A stretch of 63,798 bases of DNA, counting the filler, from Actinomycetota bacterium (GTDB lineage: Bacteria > Actinomycetota > Acidimicrobiia > Spongiisociales > UBA4744): NCBI GenBank assembly GCA_013152275.1. It is 6 parts of 6 records of this genome, joined end to end, with 100 filler letters (N's around TTAATTAATTAA, not from the genome) between each part and the next. Parts side by side here need not be neighbours in the genome. Positions count along the whole stretch, not along the records: positions 33,070 to 49,514 come from JAADGS010000011.1; positions 49,615 to 57,686 come from JAADGS010000059.1; 4 more parts are not named here. The stretch is one strand, 5' to 3'. A model generated the notes under the pieces. The model was given only the letters and a program-made list of their open reading frames with translations. It did not search any database and was not told where the DNA came from. The position numbers and the translations under genes are program-made. Below are positions 40,661 to 51,910 of this stretch, piece after piece; the stretch's first letter is position 1, and each line of letters starts with the position of its first letter.

Positions 40661-41208
40661 CAGTCCGAGCCTCCGGCCCTTCGCAGTTCGGCCGAGCGGT
40701 AGGCGGCGAGAAGCCCGGGCGGTGCTATATCTTCCGGACGCTTGCCTCGCGCGGCGGCAACGGCCTCGGGGCGCATCTGAGAGAGCAGGCCGTTCATCGT
40801 CGCCTTGGCGACGTTGAGATGGGTCGGCGAGCCGAGCGACTTGGCCAGAGCATCCTGAACCCCTGCCGCTTCGAGCACCTGCCTGACCGCTCCCCCGGCG
40901 ATCACACCGGTACCGGGAGAGGCCGGTTTCAGCAGAACTCGAGACGCGCCCTGCACTCCGATGACCTTGTGGATCAGAGTCGAACCGGCCATCGGGATGG
41001 CAACCATGCTCTTGCGAGCTTCTTCCATGCCCTTCTGGATCGCCGCCGGCACTTCCTTGGCCTTGCCGTAGCCGATGCCCACCTTGCCGCGGCCATCCCC
41101 GACGACCACAAGTGCCGTGAACGAGAACCTCCGGCCACCTTTGACGACCTTGGCTACCCGGTTGATCTGTACGACACGCTCGTCGAGTTGTTGCTGCGTT
41201 TCAGCCAT
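40660..41208 (-). CDS. rpsE: 30S ribosomal protein S5
   Basis: [25 protein letters not shown]. Confidence 0.98.
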   Translation of the reverse strand: MAETQQQLDERVVQINRVAKVVKGGRRFSFTALVVVGDGRGKVGIGYGKAKEVPAAIQKGMEEARKSMVAIPMAGSTLIHKVIGVQGASRVLLKPASPGTGVIAGGAVRQVLEAAGVQDALAKSLGSPTHLNVAKATMNGLLSQMRPEAVAAARGKRPEDIAPPGLLAAYRSAELRRAGGSD

Positions 41209-41217
41209 TACCTGCTC

Positions 41218-41564
41218 CTAGAACTTCAGCCCGGCTTCGCGTCCGCCAATGCCTTCACCCGCCCGTGGAATGGGAATCCGCCGCGGTCGAAGACGACCTC
41301 GGTGATGTCGGCTTTCGCGGCACGCTGTGCGAGCAACGCTCCCACCTCTCCAGCCGTATCTCTGTTCAGCGTCTTGCCTCGAAGCGCCTTCTCCTGCGAA
41401 GACGCTGCCGCAAGAGTCCGTCCTGCATCATCGTCGATCACCTGTGCGTAGATGTACCGGTTGCTGCGAAAGACGGCCACCCTGGGACGTTCACTCGTCC
41501 CACGCAATGTCTTGCGAACCCGCCGATGTCGGCGGCGACGCGCCTCTTCTCGTGAACCTCTCAT
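41218..41564 (-). CDS. rplR: 50S ribosomal protein L18 (apparent frameshift near 41240)
   Basis: [17 protein letters not shown]; canonical REAGLKF-stop lies in another frame ending 41218. Confidence 0.93.
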
Positions 41565-42103
41565 CGGGCAACTCCTGCCTTCCCGGCCTTCCTGCGCACG
41601 TACTCGTCGACGTACCTGATGCCTTTCCCCTTGTACGGCTCCGGAGGCCGGACCTTGCGGATATTCGCGGCCACCTGGCCGACGAGTTCCTTGTCGATGC
41701 CCGACACGACCACGTGGGTCGGGTTCGGGATCTCAAAGCTCACTCCGGCCGGGGCCTCGATACGCACAGGGTGGCTGAAGCCGACCTGCAACTCGATGAC
41801 GGCCCCCTGAAGATTCGCGCGGTAGCCGACGCCGACGATGGAGAGCTCCTTACGGAAGCCCTGTGTGACGCCGATCACCATGTTGGCGAGCAGCGCACGT
41901 GACAGGCCGTGCAACGCACGGGACTCCCGCTGGTCGTCCAAGCGTTCCACTTTGGCCACATCATCTTCGACGGTGATACGAACCTTTTCATGAAACGTGC
42001 GCTCGAGCGTACCTTTCGGACCCTTTACCGAGACACGCCGACCGTCGACGATGACGTCGACGCCCTGCGGGATCGGGATGGGTGCCTTACCGACGCGACT
42101 CAT
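41561..42103 (-). CDS. rplF: 50S ribosomal protein L6
   Basis: [20 protein letters not shown]. Confidence 0.97.
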   Translation of the reverse strand: MSRVGKAPIPIPQGVDVIVDGRRVSVKGPKGTLERTFHEKVRITVEDDVAKVERLDDQRESRALHGLSRALLANMVIGVTQGFRKELSIVGVGYRANLQGAVIELQVGFSHPVRIEAPAGVSFEIPNPTHVVVSGIDKELVGQVAANIRKVRPPEPYKGKGIRYVDEYVRRKAGKAGVAR

Positions 42104-42104
42104 C

Positions 42105-42500
42105 TCACCACACCTCACACATGATCTCGCCGCCGAGACGGCGCCGACGCGCCTCCCTGTCGGGCAGCAGGCCCTGCGACGTCGAAATGACCATGACACC
42201 AAGTCCTCCGTGGGAACGCGGTAGGTCACTTGCACCGCTGTAGATCCGCCTTCCCGGCTTCGACACCCGTCGAATCCCCTGGATCACGCGAGAGCGACCC
42301 GTTCCGTATTTCATTTGCAGAACGAGTTCCCGCCGAACGCCCGCCTCACGGCTTTCGAACCCCTCGATGAACCCTTCGGCTGCAAGGATGCTCGCAACCT
42401 GTTGCTTCAGCTTTGATGACGGCATGGCGACGACGGCCTTTCCCGCCTGGTTGGCGTTGCGGATCCGTGTCAGCATGTCGGCAATGGGATCGGTCATCAT
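42105..42500 (-). CDS. rpsH: 30S ribosomal protein S8
   Basis: MTDPIADMLTRIRNA, RVSKPGRRIY. Confidence 0.97.
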   Translation of the reverse strand: MMTDPIADMLTRIRNANQAGKAVVAMPSSKLKQQVASILAAEGFIEGFESREAGVRRELVLQMKYGTGRSRVIQGIRRVSKPGRRIYSGASDLPRSHGGLGVMVISTSQGLLPDREARRRRLGGEIMCEVW

Positions 42501-42502
42501 GA

Positions 42503-42688
42503 TTACCACGAAGCCTTTCTCACGCCGGGGAGCTCACCTCTGGATGCGAGTTGGCGCACACAAATGCGACACATGCCGAAGTCGCGCATGTACGCTCGCG
42601 GCCGACCGCACCGTTGACATCGGTGGTACTCCCGCACCTTGAACTTCGGCTTTCTCTTCGCCTTTGCGATCAGACTCTTCTTCGCCAT
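42503..42688 (-). CDS. rpsN: 30S ribosomal protein S14, zinc-binding type Z
   Basis: RCQRCGRP...[13 protein letters not shown]. Confidence 0.96.
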   Translation of the reverse strand: MAKKSLIAKAKRKPKFKVREYHRCQRCGRPRAYMRDFGMCRICVRQLASRGELPGVRKASW

Positions 42689-42701
42689 TCGCTCCCTCGT
42701 T

Positions 42702-43259
42702 TCAAACCTTTGCGTCCTGCCTACGGAACGGGAACCCGAACGCATCCAGGAGAGCCCGCGCACCTTCGTCTGTCTCGGCGCTCGTGCAGATCGTGATGTC
42801 CATACCGCGGATCGACGTCACCTTGTCGTAGTCGACCTCAGGAAAGATCAGCTGCTCGGTCACGCCGAACGAGTAATCGCCACGCCCGTCGAACGACTTC
42901 GGGTTCAGTCCCCGGAAATCTCTGATCCTCGGAATCGCGATCGCGATGAGGCGGTCCAGGAACTCCCACATGTAGTCGCCACGCAGTGTCACGGATGCGC
43001 CCACGGGCATCCCTTGCCGGATCTTGAAGCCGGCGATCGACTTCTTCGCCCGGTTGAGCCGCGGCTTCTGCCCCGTGATGACCGCGAGCTCTTCCATGGC
43101 CGCATCGACCTGCTTGGAGTCGGTTGCACCTTCACCGACGCCCATGTTGACGACGATCTTCTCGAACCTCGGCACGCGCATCGTGTTGCCGCTGCCCAGC
43201 TGTTTCCCGAGCGCGGAGACAACCTCTTGCATGTACTTCTGCTTCAACCGTGGGGTCAC
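42702..43259 (-). CDS. rplE: 50S ribosomal protein L5
   Basis: [26 protein letters not shown]. Confidence 0.97.
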   Translation of the reverse strand: MTPRLKQKYMQEVVSALGKQLGSGNTMRVPRFEKIVVNMGVGEGATDSKQVDAAMEELAVITGQKPRLNRAKKSIAGFKIRQGMPVGASVTLRGDYMWEFLDRLIAIAIPRIRDFRGLNPKSFDGRGDYSFGVTEQLIFPEVDYDKVTSIRGMDITICTSAETDEGARALLDAFGFPFRRQDAKV

Positions 43260-43561
43260 AGCTCACCTCCGCATTTGACGCAGACGCGGTACTTGATCCC
43301 GTCCTCGTCCACCTTGTATCCGATGCGCGTGGGACCACAGTCGTCACAGAGGATCATCACGTTGGAGGAGTCGATGGGCATGTCCTTGTCGATAATGCCA
43401 CCCTGCATGGTTTGTCCTTGCGGGCGTTGGTGTTTGCGAGCGGTGTTCACACCCTCGACAATCACCTTGTCCTTCTTGTTGATGACTCGAGCAACGCGAC
43501 CTTCCACACCGGCGTCCTTGCCGGTGATGACCTGCACCTTGTCACCTTGTCGAAGTCGCAT
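43256..43561 (-). CDS. rplX: 50S ribosomal protein L24
   Basis: [14 protein letters not shown] motif, VEGVN, SNVM. Confidence 0.96.
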   Translation of the reverse strand: MRLRQGDKVQVITGKDAGVEGRVARVINKKDKVIVEGVNTARKHQRPQGQTMQGGIIDKDMPIDSSNVMILCDDCGPTRIGYKVDEDGIKYRVCVKCGGEL

Positions 43562-43929
43562 CACAGCACCTCCGGCGCCAGGGAGATGATGCGCATGTAC
43601 TTCTTCTCGCGGAGCTCACGGGCCACAGGGCCGAAGATCCGGGTTCCACGCGGCTGGCTGTTGTTGTCGATGATCACACAGGCGTTGTCGTCGAAACGGA
43701 TGTACGTTCCGTCCTTGCGCCGGTAACCCTTCGCGGTCCTCACGACGACGGCCTTCACGACCTCGCCCCGTTTCACCGCTCCTCCGGGAATGGCATCCTT
43801 GACGGTCCCGACAATCGTGTCGCCGAGGCCGGCGTAGCGCCGTTTCGACCCGCCCATCACGCGGATACACAGCAGCTCCTTCGCACCGCTGTTGTCCGCA
43901 ACCCTGAGCCTCGACTCCTGCTGAATCAT
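43561..43929 (-). CDS. rplN: 50S ribosomal protein L14
   Basis: [28 protein letters not shown]. Confidence 0.98.
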   Translation of the reverse strand: MIQQESRLRVADNSGAKELLCIRVMGGSKRRYAGLGDTIVGTVKDAIPGGAVKRGEVVKAVVVRTAKGYRRKDGTYIRFDDNACVIIDNNSQPRGTRIFGPVARELREKKYMRIISLAPEVL

Positions 43930-44183
43930 CGCGCCCGCTCCACGATCTCGACAACCCTCCACCGCTTCGTCTTCGAGAGCGGTCTGGTCTCCATGATTCG
44001 TACCGTGTCGCCTGTGCGCGCATCGTTGGCCGCGTTGTGGACGTGGTACTTCTTGCGCCGGCGAACGATCTTGTCGTAGCGTGGATGACGGACCTGCTGC
44101 TGGACCTCAACGGTCACCGTCTCGTCTCTCTTATCTGAGATGACCACGCCGACGCGCGCTTTGCGTCGTGCTCGATCCTCCAT
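43926..44183 (-). CDS. rpsQ: 30S ribosomal protein S17
   Basis: [19 protein letters not shown]. Confidence 0.96.
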   Translation of the reverse strand: MEDRARRKARVGVVISDKRDETVTVEVQQQVRHPRYDKIVRRRKKYHVHNAANDARTGDTVRIMETRPLSKTKRWRVVEIVERAR

Positions 44184-44410
44184 CACACACCTTCCTCGGC
44201 TGCGGCCTGCTCTCGCCAGGCCTGAATCTCCTGCTCCCGCATCACGGTCAGAATGCGAGCAATGTCTTTGCGAATCTGGCGGATTTGTGACGCGTCGTCC
44301 AGCTGGTTCGTGGCCAGTTGAAAACGCAGATTGAAGAGCTCAGCCTTCGCCTCCGCGAGCTTATCTTCGAGTTCGAGAGCGGTGAGCTCACGCAAGTCGA
44401 TAGCTTTCAC
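44183..44410 (-). CDS. rpmC: 50S ribosomal protein L29
   Basis: [22 protein letters not shown]. Confidence 0.96.
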   Translation of the reverse strand: MKAIDLRELTALELEDKLAEAKAELFNLRFQLATNQLDDASQIRQIRKDIARILTVMREQEIQAWREQAAAEEGV

Positions 44411-44820
44411 GTGTCCTCCCGAGTCACGAACTTCGTTTTGATGGGGAGCTTGTGTCCCGCTCGACGCATCGCCTCACGCGCCAGTTCCTCCGAAACACCG
44501 GAGAGCTCGAACATGATTCGACCCGGTTTCACCACGGCAACCCAGAACTCGGGGTTGCCTTTCCCCGATCCCATCCGGGTCTCGGCCGGCTTCTGTGTCA
44601 CAGGCTTGTCGGGGAAGATGGTGATCCATACCTTCCCCCCGCGACGAATCGTCCTGGTGATGGCCACACGGGCAGACTCGATCTGTCTCGCGGTGATCCA
44701 ACCGACCTCGACGGCCTTGAGCCCGTAGTCACCGAACGAGACACTCGTTCCGCCCTTTGCCGTGCCCGTCCTGCGGCCACGATGTACCTTCCGGTACTTG
44801 GTGCGCTTCGGCATCAGCAT
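44407..44820 (-). CDS. rplP: 50S ribosomal protein L16
   Basis: [18 protein letters not shown]. Confidence 0.98.
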   Translation of the reverse strand: MLMPKRTKYRKVHRGRRTGTAKGGTSVSFGDYGLKAVEVGWITARQIESARVAITRTIRRGGKVWITIFPDKPVTQKPAETRMGSGKGNPEFWVAVVKPGRIMFELSGVSEELAREAMRRAGHKLPIKTKFVTREDT

Positions 44821-44823
44821 GGC

Positions 44824-45957
44824 CTACTCGCCCTCCTCGTCGGCCTGCGCCTTTTCGGCGACGGCCGGCTCGACCACGGCCTGCTCGAGCTCGGGGGCTT
44901 CTTCGGCCTCGACCTTCGCAGGGGCGCCTTCGACCGGTTTCTCGACCTCGACGGTCTCGGTTACATCGGATGTCGCCTCTTCGACGACGGCGCCTTCAAA
45001 GCTCTTCGTCTCGAGAGCGGCGCTTTCCTCGGAGAGTGCGGTCTCGACGATCACCGGACCTTCGGTATCTTCGATGTCCTCGCGATATGCGCTCTCGGCT
45101 TCCTCGCTGGAGACCTTCTTCGGCCCGCCGGCCTCGACGACCCGCTTGCCTTCCTTGCGCTTGCCGCCACCGCTATCGACGACCCTCCGGCCGCCGCCGG
45201 CCTCGATGACCCGGCGTTTCTTGCGTCCTCCAACGGCCTCTTCGGCTCGCGCCTTGGCAGGCGTGACTCTTCCGGGCTTGCCCGATGCCATCGCGATCTC
45301 GGCGGCGAGCTTCTCCCGCGTCGCTTTCAGCGATGCGACGAGATCACCCTTGTACGTCCACACCTTCACGCCGACGGCACCTACGGTCGTGCGTGCCGTC
45401 GCCGTGCCGTAATCGATGTCGGCCCGAAGCGTATGCAGCGGCACTCTGCCTTCCCGATACCACTCCCGCCGGCCCATGTCCGAGCCGCCGAGGCGCCCAC
45501 TGCACTCGACCCGGACGCCCTGCACGCCGGCTTTCATCGCGGCGGCGACCGTGCGTTTCATGGCCCTTCGGAAGGAGACTCGGCCCTCCAACTGATCCGC
45601 AACGCTGCGTGCCAGCAGTTGAGCATCCTGATCGGGATCGCGTACTTCGATCACGTTGTACTTGACTCTGCGGCCCGTCAGCTTCTCCAACCCGGCCCGA
45701 ATCCGCTCTGCCTCTGTGCCGCGGCGCCCGATCACCACGCCCGGACGCGCCGTGTGCACTTCGATGACGACCTTGTCACGAGTTCGCTCGATCTCGATGC
45801 GAGAGATCGCGCCACGAGGCAGTTCCCTGTTCACGTACTCGCGGATCTTCCAGTCTTCGTTGACAAGCTCGACGTAGTCCTTGTCGCTGTACCAGTGCGA
45901 CTTCCAGTCGGTCACAACACCGAGGCGGAACGCATAGGGATGTGTTTTCTGGCCCAT
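44824..45957 (-). CDS. rpsC: 30S ribosomal protein S3 with long C-terminal extension
   Basis: [25 protein letters not shown]; basic then acidic tail. Confidence 0.96.
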   Translation of the reverse strand: MGQKTHPYAFRLGVVTDWKSHWYSDKDYVELVNEDWKIREYVNRELPRGAISRIEIERTRDKVVIEVHTARPGVVIGRRGTEAERIRAGLEKLTGRRVKYNVIEVRDPDQDAQLLARSVADQLEGRVSFRRAMKRTVAAAMKAGVQGVRVECSGRLGGSDMGRREWYREGRVPLHTLRADIDYGTATARTTVGAVGVKVWTYKGDLVASLKATREKLAAEIAMASGKPGRVTPAKARAEEAVGGRKKRRVIEAGGGRRVVDSGGGKRKEGKRVVEAGGPKKVSSEEAESAYREDIEDTEGPVIVETALSEESAALETKSFEGAVVEEATSDVTETVEVEKPVEGAPAKVEAEEAPELEQAVVEPAVAEKAQADEEGE

Positions 45958-46298
45958 TACGCCTCGCTCTCTTCGGTCACGACAATGGTGATATGGCTGG
46001 TGCGCTTGAGGATGCGGGTAGCCCGTCCGCGAGCACGGGGGCGCCACCGCTTCAATGTGGGACCCTCGTTTGCATACGCCTCCGCGACCACCAGCTCATC
46101 GGCATCGAGCGAATGGTTGTGCTCGGCGTTGGCCACTGCCGAGTCGAGGACCTTTCGCACCGTGTCCGCGGCTCTGCGCTCGGTGAATGCCAACACGTGG
46201 CGCGCTTCTTCGACCGGGAGCCCCCGGACGAGGTCGAGCACCCGCCGCACCTTGTACGGCGACTGACGTATGTACTTGGCTTCCGCTCGTACCTTCAT
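45957..46298 (-). CDS. rplV: 50S ribosomal protein L22
   Basis: [22 protein letters not shown]. Confidence 0.97.
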   Translation of the reverse strand: MKVRAEAKYIRQSPYKVRRVLDLVRGLPVEEARHVLAFTERRAADTVRKVLDSAVANAEHNHSLDADELVVAEAYANEGPTLKRWRPRARGRATRILKRTSHITIVVTEESEA

Positions 46299-46579
46299 CG
46301 TCTGTTCGCTGCCTTTTCCCTGGAGCCCGCGTGCCCGCGGAACGTCCTCGTCGGGGCAAACTCGCCCAACTTGTGTCCGACCATGGACTCCGTCACATAC
46401 ACCGGAACGTGCTTGCGACCGTCGTGGACGGCAATGGTGTGGCCGACCATCTCCGGAATGACGGTGGAGCGTCTACTCCAGGTCTTGATGACCCGCTTCT
46501 CGCCCTTTCGGTTGAGCTCCTCCACCTTTTTGAGGAGGTGCTCATCGATGAAGGGACCTTTCTTCAGGCTCCGCGCCAT
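46295..46579 (-). CDS. rpsS: 30S ribosomal protein S19
   Basis: [23 protein letters not shown]. Confidence 0.98.
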   Translation of the reverse strand: MARSLKKGPFIDEHLLKKVEELNRKGEKRVIKTWSRRSTVIPEMVGHTIAVHDGRKHVPVYVTESMVGHKLGEFAPTRTFRGHAGSREKAANRR

Positions 46580-46582
46580 CGT

Positions 46583-47414
46583 CTACCTCCGTCCTCTACG
46601 CGATCGTCGCCGCACAATGTCTCGATTGCTTGCCTTGTTCTTCTTCCGCGTCCTGCCTTCGGGCTTGCCCCACGGGCTCACCGGATGCCGGCCTCCGGAC
46701 GACCGGCCCTCACCTCCACCGAGGATGGTCGACCGGGTTCATCGCAACGCCACGGCTCTGGGGTCGAACGCCCTTCCATCGAGAGCGTCCGGCCTTCCCG
46801 ACCTTGACGAGTTCTGCTTCGGTATTGCCGACCTGTCCCACCGTGGCGCGACAGTCGAGCGACACCATCCGCATCTCGCCGGAGGGGAGCCGCAACAGCG
46901 CACGGTCGCCCTCTTTGCTCATGAGCTGCACCGAAGCGCCTGCCGAGCGAGCTATCTTAGCCCCTCCGCCGGGGCGCATCTCTATCGCGTGGACAACCGT
47001 ACCTGCGGGGATGTTGCGCAGCGGCAGCGCGTTGCCGGGATTGATCTCGGCGCCGGATCCGGACTCGAGCATCTCACCCACCTTCACACCGACGGGAGCA
47101 AGGATGTATCGCTTCTCGCCGTCCTTGTAGTGCAGCAGAGCGATGCGGGCGTTGCGGTTCGGGTCATACTCGATCGCTGCGACCTTGGCCGGGACGCCGT
47201 CCTTGTTTCGGCGGAAGTCGATGATGCGGTACCGGCGCTTGTGACCGCCGCCGCGATGGCGCGACGTGATGCGTCCGTGCGTGTTGCGACCGCCGGTCTT
47301 GGTCTTCTTGGAAAGAAGTGCCTTCTCGGGCTTCGACTTCGTGATCTCGGCAAAATCCGAGACCGTCTGGAATCGCCGCCCGGGAGAGGTTGGCTTCTGT
47401 TTCTTCGTTGCCAT
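46583..47414 (-). CDS. rplB: 50S ribosomal protein L2 (apparent 2-nt deletion near 46722)
   Basis: [24 protein letters not shown]; conserved [19 protein letters not shown] continues in another frame to stop at 46583. Confidence 0.95.
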
Positions 47415-47416
47415 CG

Positions 47417-47704
47417 CTACACCCCAAAGATGTCGATCGTGGCACCAGGTGCAAGCTTTACGAGTGCTCGCTTGGTGTCTTGGCGTCGGCCGACGACCCA
47501 ACCGGTCCGCTTCTGCTTGCCGCGGCGGTTGAGCGTGTTCACTCGAAGCACCGTGACATCGAAAATCTCGGCTATCGCCTTGGCAATCTCTGTCCGATTC
47601 GCACTCCGAACGACGTCGAATGTGTATGTGTTGTGCTGCTCGATGAGGTCATAGGACTTCTCGGAGACAACCGGAGTCAGGATTACGTCACGCGGATCCT
47701 TCAT
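47417..47704 (-). CDS. rplW: 50S ribosomal protein L23
   Basis: [17 protein letters not shown]. Confidence 0.96.
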   Translation of the reverse strand: MKDPRDVILTPVVSEKSYDLIEQHNTYTFDVVRSANRTEIAKAIAEIFDVTVLRVNTLNRRGKQKRTGWVVGRRQDTKRALVKLAPGATIDIFGV

Positions 47705-48380
47705 CGCTCACCTCCTCATCCTGTACAAAATCCGTTTGGGTCACGTCGTAGGCACCGTGCCGTCCCACCGAACCGATCGTGTCCGTAGTGAACAGCAAGG
47801 TGTCCGCCCACAACACGTCATAGGTCGTCAGCTGGTCGGGTTCGACGATCGCGACCCCGCGAAGGTTCCTGAAGGAACGTTCGGGGATCCGGTCACTACG
47901 ACCCAGCACCACCAAGACCTTGCGTTCGGCACTGATTGCCTCGAGGAACGCCTTGGCCTGTTTTGTCTTCGGCTCCGTCCAGTCGAGCGTCTCCACGATC
48001 TTGATCGCTCCCTCACGCGCCCGGGCCGAGAGAGCGCTGCGCAAGGCGAGGCGTTTCATCTTCTTGGGGGTTCGCTGTGCGTAGCTGCGGGGATGTGGAC
48101 CGAACGCCACACCACCACCGACGAAATGCGGAGCACGGATCGACCCCTGTCGAGCCCGTCCGAGTCCCTTCTGTCGCCACGGCTTCCTGCCACCGCCACG
48201 AACCTGACCGCGAGTCTTGGTCGAAGCCGTTCCGGAACGTGCCCCGGCGAGCTGTGCCGTGACCACTTGGTGCATCACCGGCCCGTTCGGTTCGATACCG
48301 AAGACTTCCGCGTCGAGCGCGAGGTCGCCCTTTCGGGAGCCGTCACTCGCGAACAATGCTGCCGAGCGTGTATCAGCCAC
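47688..48380 (-). CDS. rplD: 50S ribosomal protein L4
   Basis: [19 protein letters not shown]. Confidence 0.97.
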   Translation of the reverse strand: MADTRSAALFASDGSRKGDLALDAEVFGIEPNGPVMHQVVTAQLAGARSGTASTKTRGQVRGGGRKPWRQKGLGRARQGSIRAPHFVGGGVAFGPHPRSYAQRTPKKMKRLALRSALSARAREGAIKIVETLDWTEPKTKQAKAFLEAISAERKVLVVLGRSDRIPERSFRNLRGVAIVEPDQLTTYDVLWADTLLFTTDTIGSVGRHGAYDVTQTDFVQDEEVSDEGSA

Positions 48381-49005
48381 GAGCCTTCACCGCCTCTCGC
48401 ACCAGCACAACCGAGCCCTTTGGTCCGGGAACGGATCCGCCCAGGAGCACGAGCCCCCTGGCAATGTCGATATCGACGACATCGAGATTGAGCAGTGTGA
48501 CGCGCTCGCCACCCATGCGACCCGGTAGCTTCCTGCCTTTGAACACCCTGGCCGGGGTTGCGCACGCGCCGATCGAACCGGGCGCACGGTGCACCCTGTG
48601 CACACCATGGCTGGCACCCTGGCCGGAGAAGTTGTGACGCTTGATCACTCCCTGGAAACCCTTGCCCTTCGAGATCCCGGCGACGTCCGCTTTCGCACCT
48701 TTGGCCAGGACATCCGCGATCGTGATCTCCTGTCCCAGCTCGTAGGCATCCGGATCGTCCACGCGCACTTCGACGAGGTGCCGCCCCGGAGCCACACCCG
48801 CCTTGGCATAGTGGCCGGCCAGCGGGCGATTGACCGAGCTCACTTCCTTGTAGGCGATCTGTACGGCGGCATAGCCGTCTGTCTCCGGTCTTTTGATCTG
48901 AACCACCCGGCATGGGCCGGCCTTGATGACGGTGACCGGAATGGCCCGAGCATCGTCGTCGAAGACCTGCGTCATGCCCAGTTTCTCTCCGAGGATGGCT
49001 TTCAC
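48373..49005 (-). CDS. rplC: 50S ribosomal protein L3
   Basis: [30 protein letters not shown]. Confidence 0.98.
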   Translation of the reverse strand: MKAILGEKLGMTQVFDDDARAIPVTVIKAGPCRVVQIKRPETDGYAAVQIAYKEVSSVNRPLAGHYAKAGVAPGRHLVEVRVDDPDAYELGQEITIADVLAKGAKADVAGISKGKGFQGVIKRHNFSGQGASHGVHRVHRAPGSIGACATPARVFKGRKLPGRMGGERVTLLNLDVVDIDIARGLVLLGGSVPGPKGSVVLVREAVKARG

Positions 49006-49313
49006 AGCTTGATCTCCACTTCCACACCTGCCGGAAGGTCGAGGCGCATCAGCGAGTCCACGGTCTTGCGTGTCGGCTCGATGATGTCGAGCAGGCGCTT
49101 GTGGATCCGCATCTCGAAGTGCTCCTGGGAATCCTTGTGGACGAACGGCGACCGGATCACGCAGTACCGATGGATCTCCGTCGGCAACGGAATCGGCCCC
49201 TTCACCTTCGCCTGGGTCCGGGTCACGGTCTCGGCAATCTTGCGCGCCGATTCATCGACCAGCTCGTGGTCGTACGCCTTCAACCGGATTCGAATCTTTT
49301 GTCCGTCTGACAT
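49002..49313 (-). CDS. rpsJ: 30S ribosomal protein S10
   Basis: [27 protein letters not shown]. Confidence 0.98.
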   Translation of the reverse strand: MSDGQKIRIRLKAYDHELVDESARKIAETVTRTQAKVKGPIPLPTEIHRYCVIRSPFVHKDSQEHFEMRIHKRLLDIIEPTRKTVDSLMRLDLPAGVEVEIKL

Positions 49314-49347
49314 ACATGCTCGTTTCTTGTCTGGTATCCGGTTGTGG

Positions 49348-49514
49348 CTATTTGATGACGTTGATGACGGTGCCGGCACCGACGGTACGGCCACCCTCAC
49401 GAATCGCGAACTTCTGACCCTCATCCATCGCGATCGGTGTAATCAACTCGACCGTCATCTCCGTATTATCACCAGGCATCACCATCTCGGTCCCCGCAGG
49501 CAACGTCACCGACC
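49348..49514 (-). CDS. tuf: Elongation factor Tu, 3' fragment (copy upstream of rpsJ)
   Basis: [41 protein letters not shown]. Confidence 0.96.
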
Positions 49515-49614
49515 NNNNNNNNNNNNNNNNNNNNNNNNNNNNNNNNNNNNNNNNNNNNTTAATTAATTAANNNNNNNNNNNNNNNNNNNNNNNNNNNNNN
49601 NNNNNNNNNNNNNN
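49515..49614. other. Artificial contig-joining linker
   Basis: N-run/TTAATTAATTAA/N-run. Confidence 0.98.
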
Positions 49615-49775
49615 CGCCTATCGTCTGGTCCCCCGGGCGGGGCTGGATGGCTGACGATCCCCCTGTCGCCGAACCCAGGGCTCAGGGGGGTCGCCACGAC
49701 CCCCCTGAGCCCTGGGTTCGACGACAGGGGGATCGTCACCCATCCAGCCCTGCCCGGGGGACCAGACGATAGGCG
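49615..49775. repeat. Long inverted repeat: 79-bp arms, 3-nt loop, 3 mismatches; overlaps rel 3' end
   Basis: 49615-49693 is the reverse complement of 49697-49775 except at 3 positions. Confidence 0.9.
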
Positions 49776-51910
49776 TCATAGACGCCCTCGATGCCGCGCA
49801 GCGCGTCGATGAGACGATCGACCTGTCCAGGGTCGGAGAGCTCCACCTCGTACCGCAGGACAGCCGTTCGATCTTTGCTCGTCGTCGATGAGGAGGCCCG
49901 AATGTCACCACCGATGTCGGAGATCCGTTCGGTGACGTCGCGTAGCAACCGGGGACGGTCGAGAGCTTCGATCTGGATCCACACCGAGAAACGGCCGACT
50001 CTCTCAGGAGCCCAACTGACATCGATCATCCGTTCTTTCCCCAGTGACGCGATATTCGTGCAGTCCGAGCGATGCACGGACACGCCTCGTCCGACGGTGA
50101 CGAATCCGACGATGTCATCTCCGGGCAACGGTGCGCAGCACCGGGCGATACGCACCCATACGTCGTCGAGCCCCTCGACGATCACCCCGACGCCCGTGTC
50201 CGGTCTCGGTCTCACCGGCGGAGGTTCGGGAACCGCCAATTCCACAGCTTCTTCTTCTTCGGGGCGGGCAAGACGCAGAAGACGTGCGACCACGGTCGAT
50301 CCGGACACGGTTCCCTCGCCCACGGCCACAAACAGTGACTCTATGTCTCGCTGCCCCAGGCGCTCGGCCACGGAGGCGAGAAGCTCGTCCCTACGCTTGG
50401 CGTGCAGTCCAAGACCCTCCTTGCGCAAGAGCGAGAGGACCGCCTCGCGCCCATCGGTCAGCGCCGCTCCTCGGCGTTCCTTGCCGAACCACTGTCGAAT
50501 CTTCGCCCGTGCCCTGGACGTGCGAACGAAAGCCAGCCAGTCTCTGCTGGGCCCCGCATCCTGGGCTTTCGATGTGACGATCTCCACGATGTCACCGGAC
50601 TCGAGCTTGGTGTCGAGCGGTACGAGCCGTCCGTTCACCTTGGCGCCGATGCACCGATGCCCTACCTCCGTGTGAACCCTGTATGCGAAGTCGACAGGTG
50701 TCGCACCCTTCGGCAGCGTTTTCACGTCTCCCTTGGGGGTGAGCACGAACACCTCGTCTTGATACAGGTCGAGTTTGAGCCCTGCGAGAAACTCGTTGGG
50801 ATCCTCGTATTCGTCCTGCAGGAATCGCAGGTCGGCCATCCACGGGAGCGTGTCTGCCGATCTCCCCTCCTTGTAGCGCCAATGCGCCGCGATGCCGAAC
50901 TCCGCCCGCTCGTGCATCTCGCGAGTCCTGATCTGTACTTCCAGCGGCCCTCCGCCCGGACCGATCACGGTCGTGTGCAAGCTCTGGTAGAGGTTGAACT
51001 TGGGCATGGCGACGTAGTCCTTGAATCGGCCGTGAACCGGCGGCCACGTCGCGTGCACCAGCCCGAGCACCGCGTAGCAGCCCCGAACATCGTCGACGAT
51101 CACCCTGATACCGATCAGATCGTGGATGCGCTCGAACGGAAGCCCGCTGTTGACCATCTTGCGGTAGATCGAGTATTCGTGCTTCGGTCGGCCCGTGACC
51201 TCGCCTTCGATGTGGGCATCCTCCATCAACTGTTTCACTTCTCCGATGACGACACCGAGGTACGCATCGCGTTGTGGCGCGCGTTGCTTCAGCAGGGCCT
51301 TGATCTCCGCGTTGCGCCGCGGGTAGAGGATCGCGAAACAGCGATCCTCCATCTCGTGTTTGATCTCTTGGACCCCAAGACGGTGCGCGAGCGGCGCGTA
51401 CACGTCGAGGCTTTCTCTGGCGATCCGCTGCTGCTTCTCTTCGGGGAACGGCCAGATCGTGCGCAGATTGTGCAGCCGGTCCGCGAGTTTGATCAGCAGT
51501 ACACGCACGTCTCTTGCCAACGCGATGACCATCTTTCGGATCGTGGCCGCCTGCGCCTCCTCTCGCGAACCGAACTTGATCCGGTCGAGTTTCGTCACTC
51601 CATCGATGAGAGAGGCGACCTCCTCTCCAAACTGCTCCCGCACCTCTTCGACCGTCAGGTCGGTGTCTTCGACGGTGTCGTGCAGGAGGGCGGCACACAG
51701 CGTCTCCGTGTCGAGGCCATAGCCCGCCAGAATCTCGGTCACGGCGACGGGATGGGTGATGTAGGGATCGCCCGTCTGACGAATCTGGCCCTCGTGCTGC
51801 CGTCTGCCGAGTTCGTACGCCCTTCGGATGGCTTCGGCGTCGCCGTTCGGATGGTGCGCGGCGTACGCGCTCAGAATCCGATCCATCGCCTCATCGGTCG
51901 GATCAGTCAT
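49736..51910 (-). CDS. rel: Bifunctional (p)ppGpp synthetase/hydrolase Rel
   Basis: HD domain (PYITHP, ALLHDTVED), synthetase (YQSLHTTV, EVQIRT), TGS (TPVDFAY) and ACT domains. Confidence 0.97.
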   Translation of the reverse strand: MTDPTDEAMDRILSAYAAHHPNGDAEAIRRAYELGRRQHEGQIRQTGDPYITHPVAVTEILAGYGLDTETLCAALLHDTVEDTDLTVEEVREQFGEEVASLIDGVTKLDRIKFGSREEAQAATIRKMVIALARDVRVLLIKLADRLHNLRTIWPFPEEKQQRIARESLDVYAPLAHRLGVQEIKHEMEDRCFAILYPRRNAEIKALLKQRAPQRDAYLGVVIGEVKQLMEDAHIEGEVTGRPKHEYSIYRKMVNSGLPFERIHDLIGIRVIVDDVRGCYAVLGLVHATWPPVHGRFKDYVAMPKFNLYQSLHTTVIGPGGGPLEVQIRTREMHERAEFGIAAHWRYKEGRSADTLPWMADLRFLQDEYEDPNEFLAGLKLDLYQDEVFVLTPKGDVKTLPKGATPVDFAYRVHTEVGHRCIGAKVNGRLVPLDTKLESGDIVEIVTSKAQDAGPSRDWLAFVRTSRARAKIRQWFGKERRGAALTDGREAVLSLLRKEGLGLHAKRRDELLASVAERLGQRDIESLFVAVGEGTVSGSTVVARLLRLARPEEEEAVELAVPEPPPVRPRPDTGVGVIVEGLDDVWVRIARCCAPLPGDDIVGFVTVGRGVSVHRSDCTNIASLGKERMIDVSWAPERVGRFSVWIQIEALDRPRLLRDVTERISDIGGDIRASSSTTSKDRTAVLRYEVELSDPGQVDRLIDALRGIEGVYDAYRLVPRAGLDG

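Noticed and set aside
44452..46266. Long + strand ORFs antisense to ribosomal, rel and sec genes (also 50402-51916, 59170-60753)
   Set aside because: Shadow ORFs expected from high-GC codon bias; no recognisable motifs.
46700..46730. Programmed ribosomal frameshift in rplB
   Set aside because: No slippery sequence is seen, and residues are missing rather than shifted; an assembly deletion is simpler.
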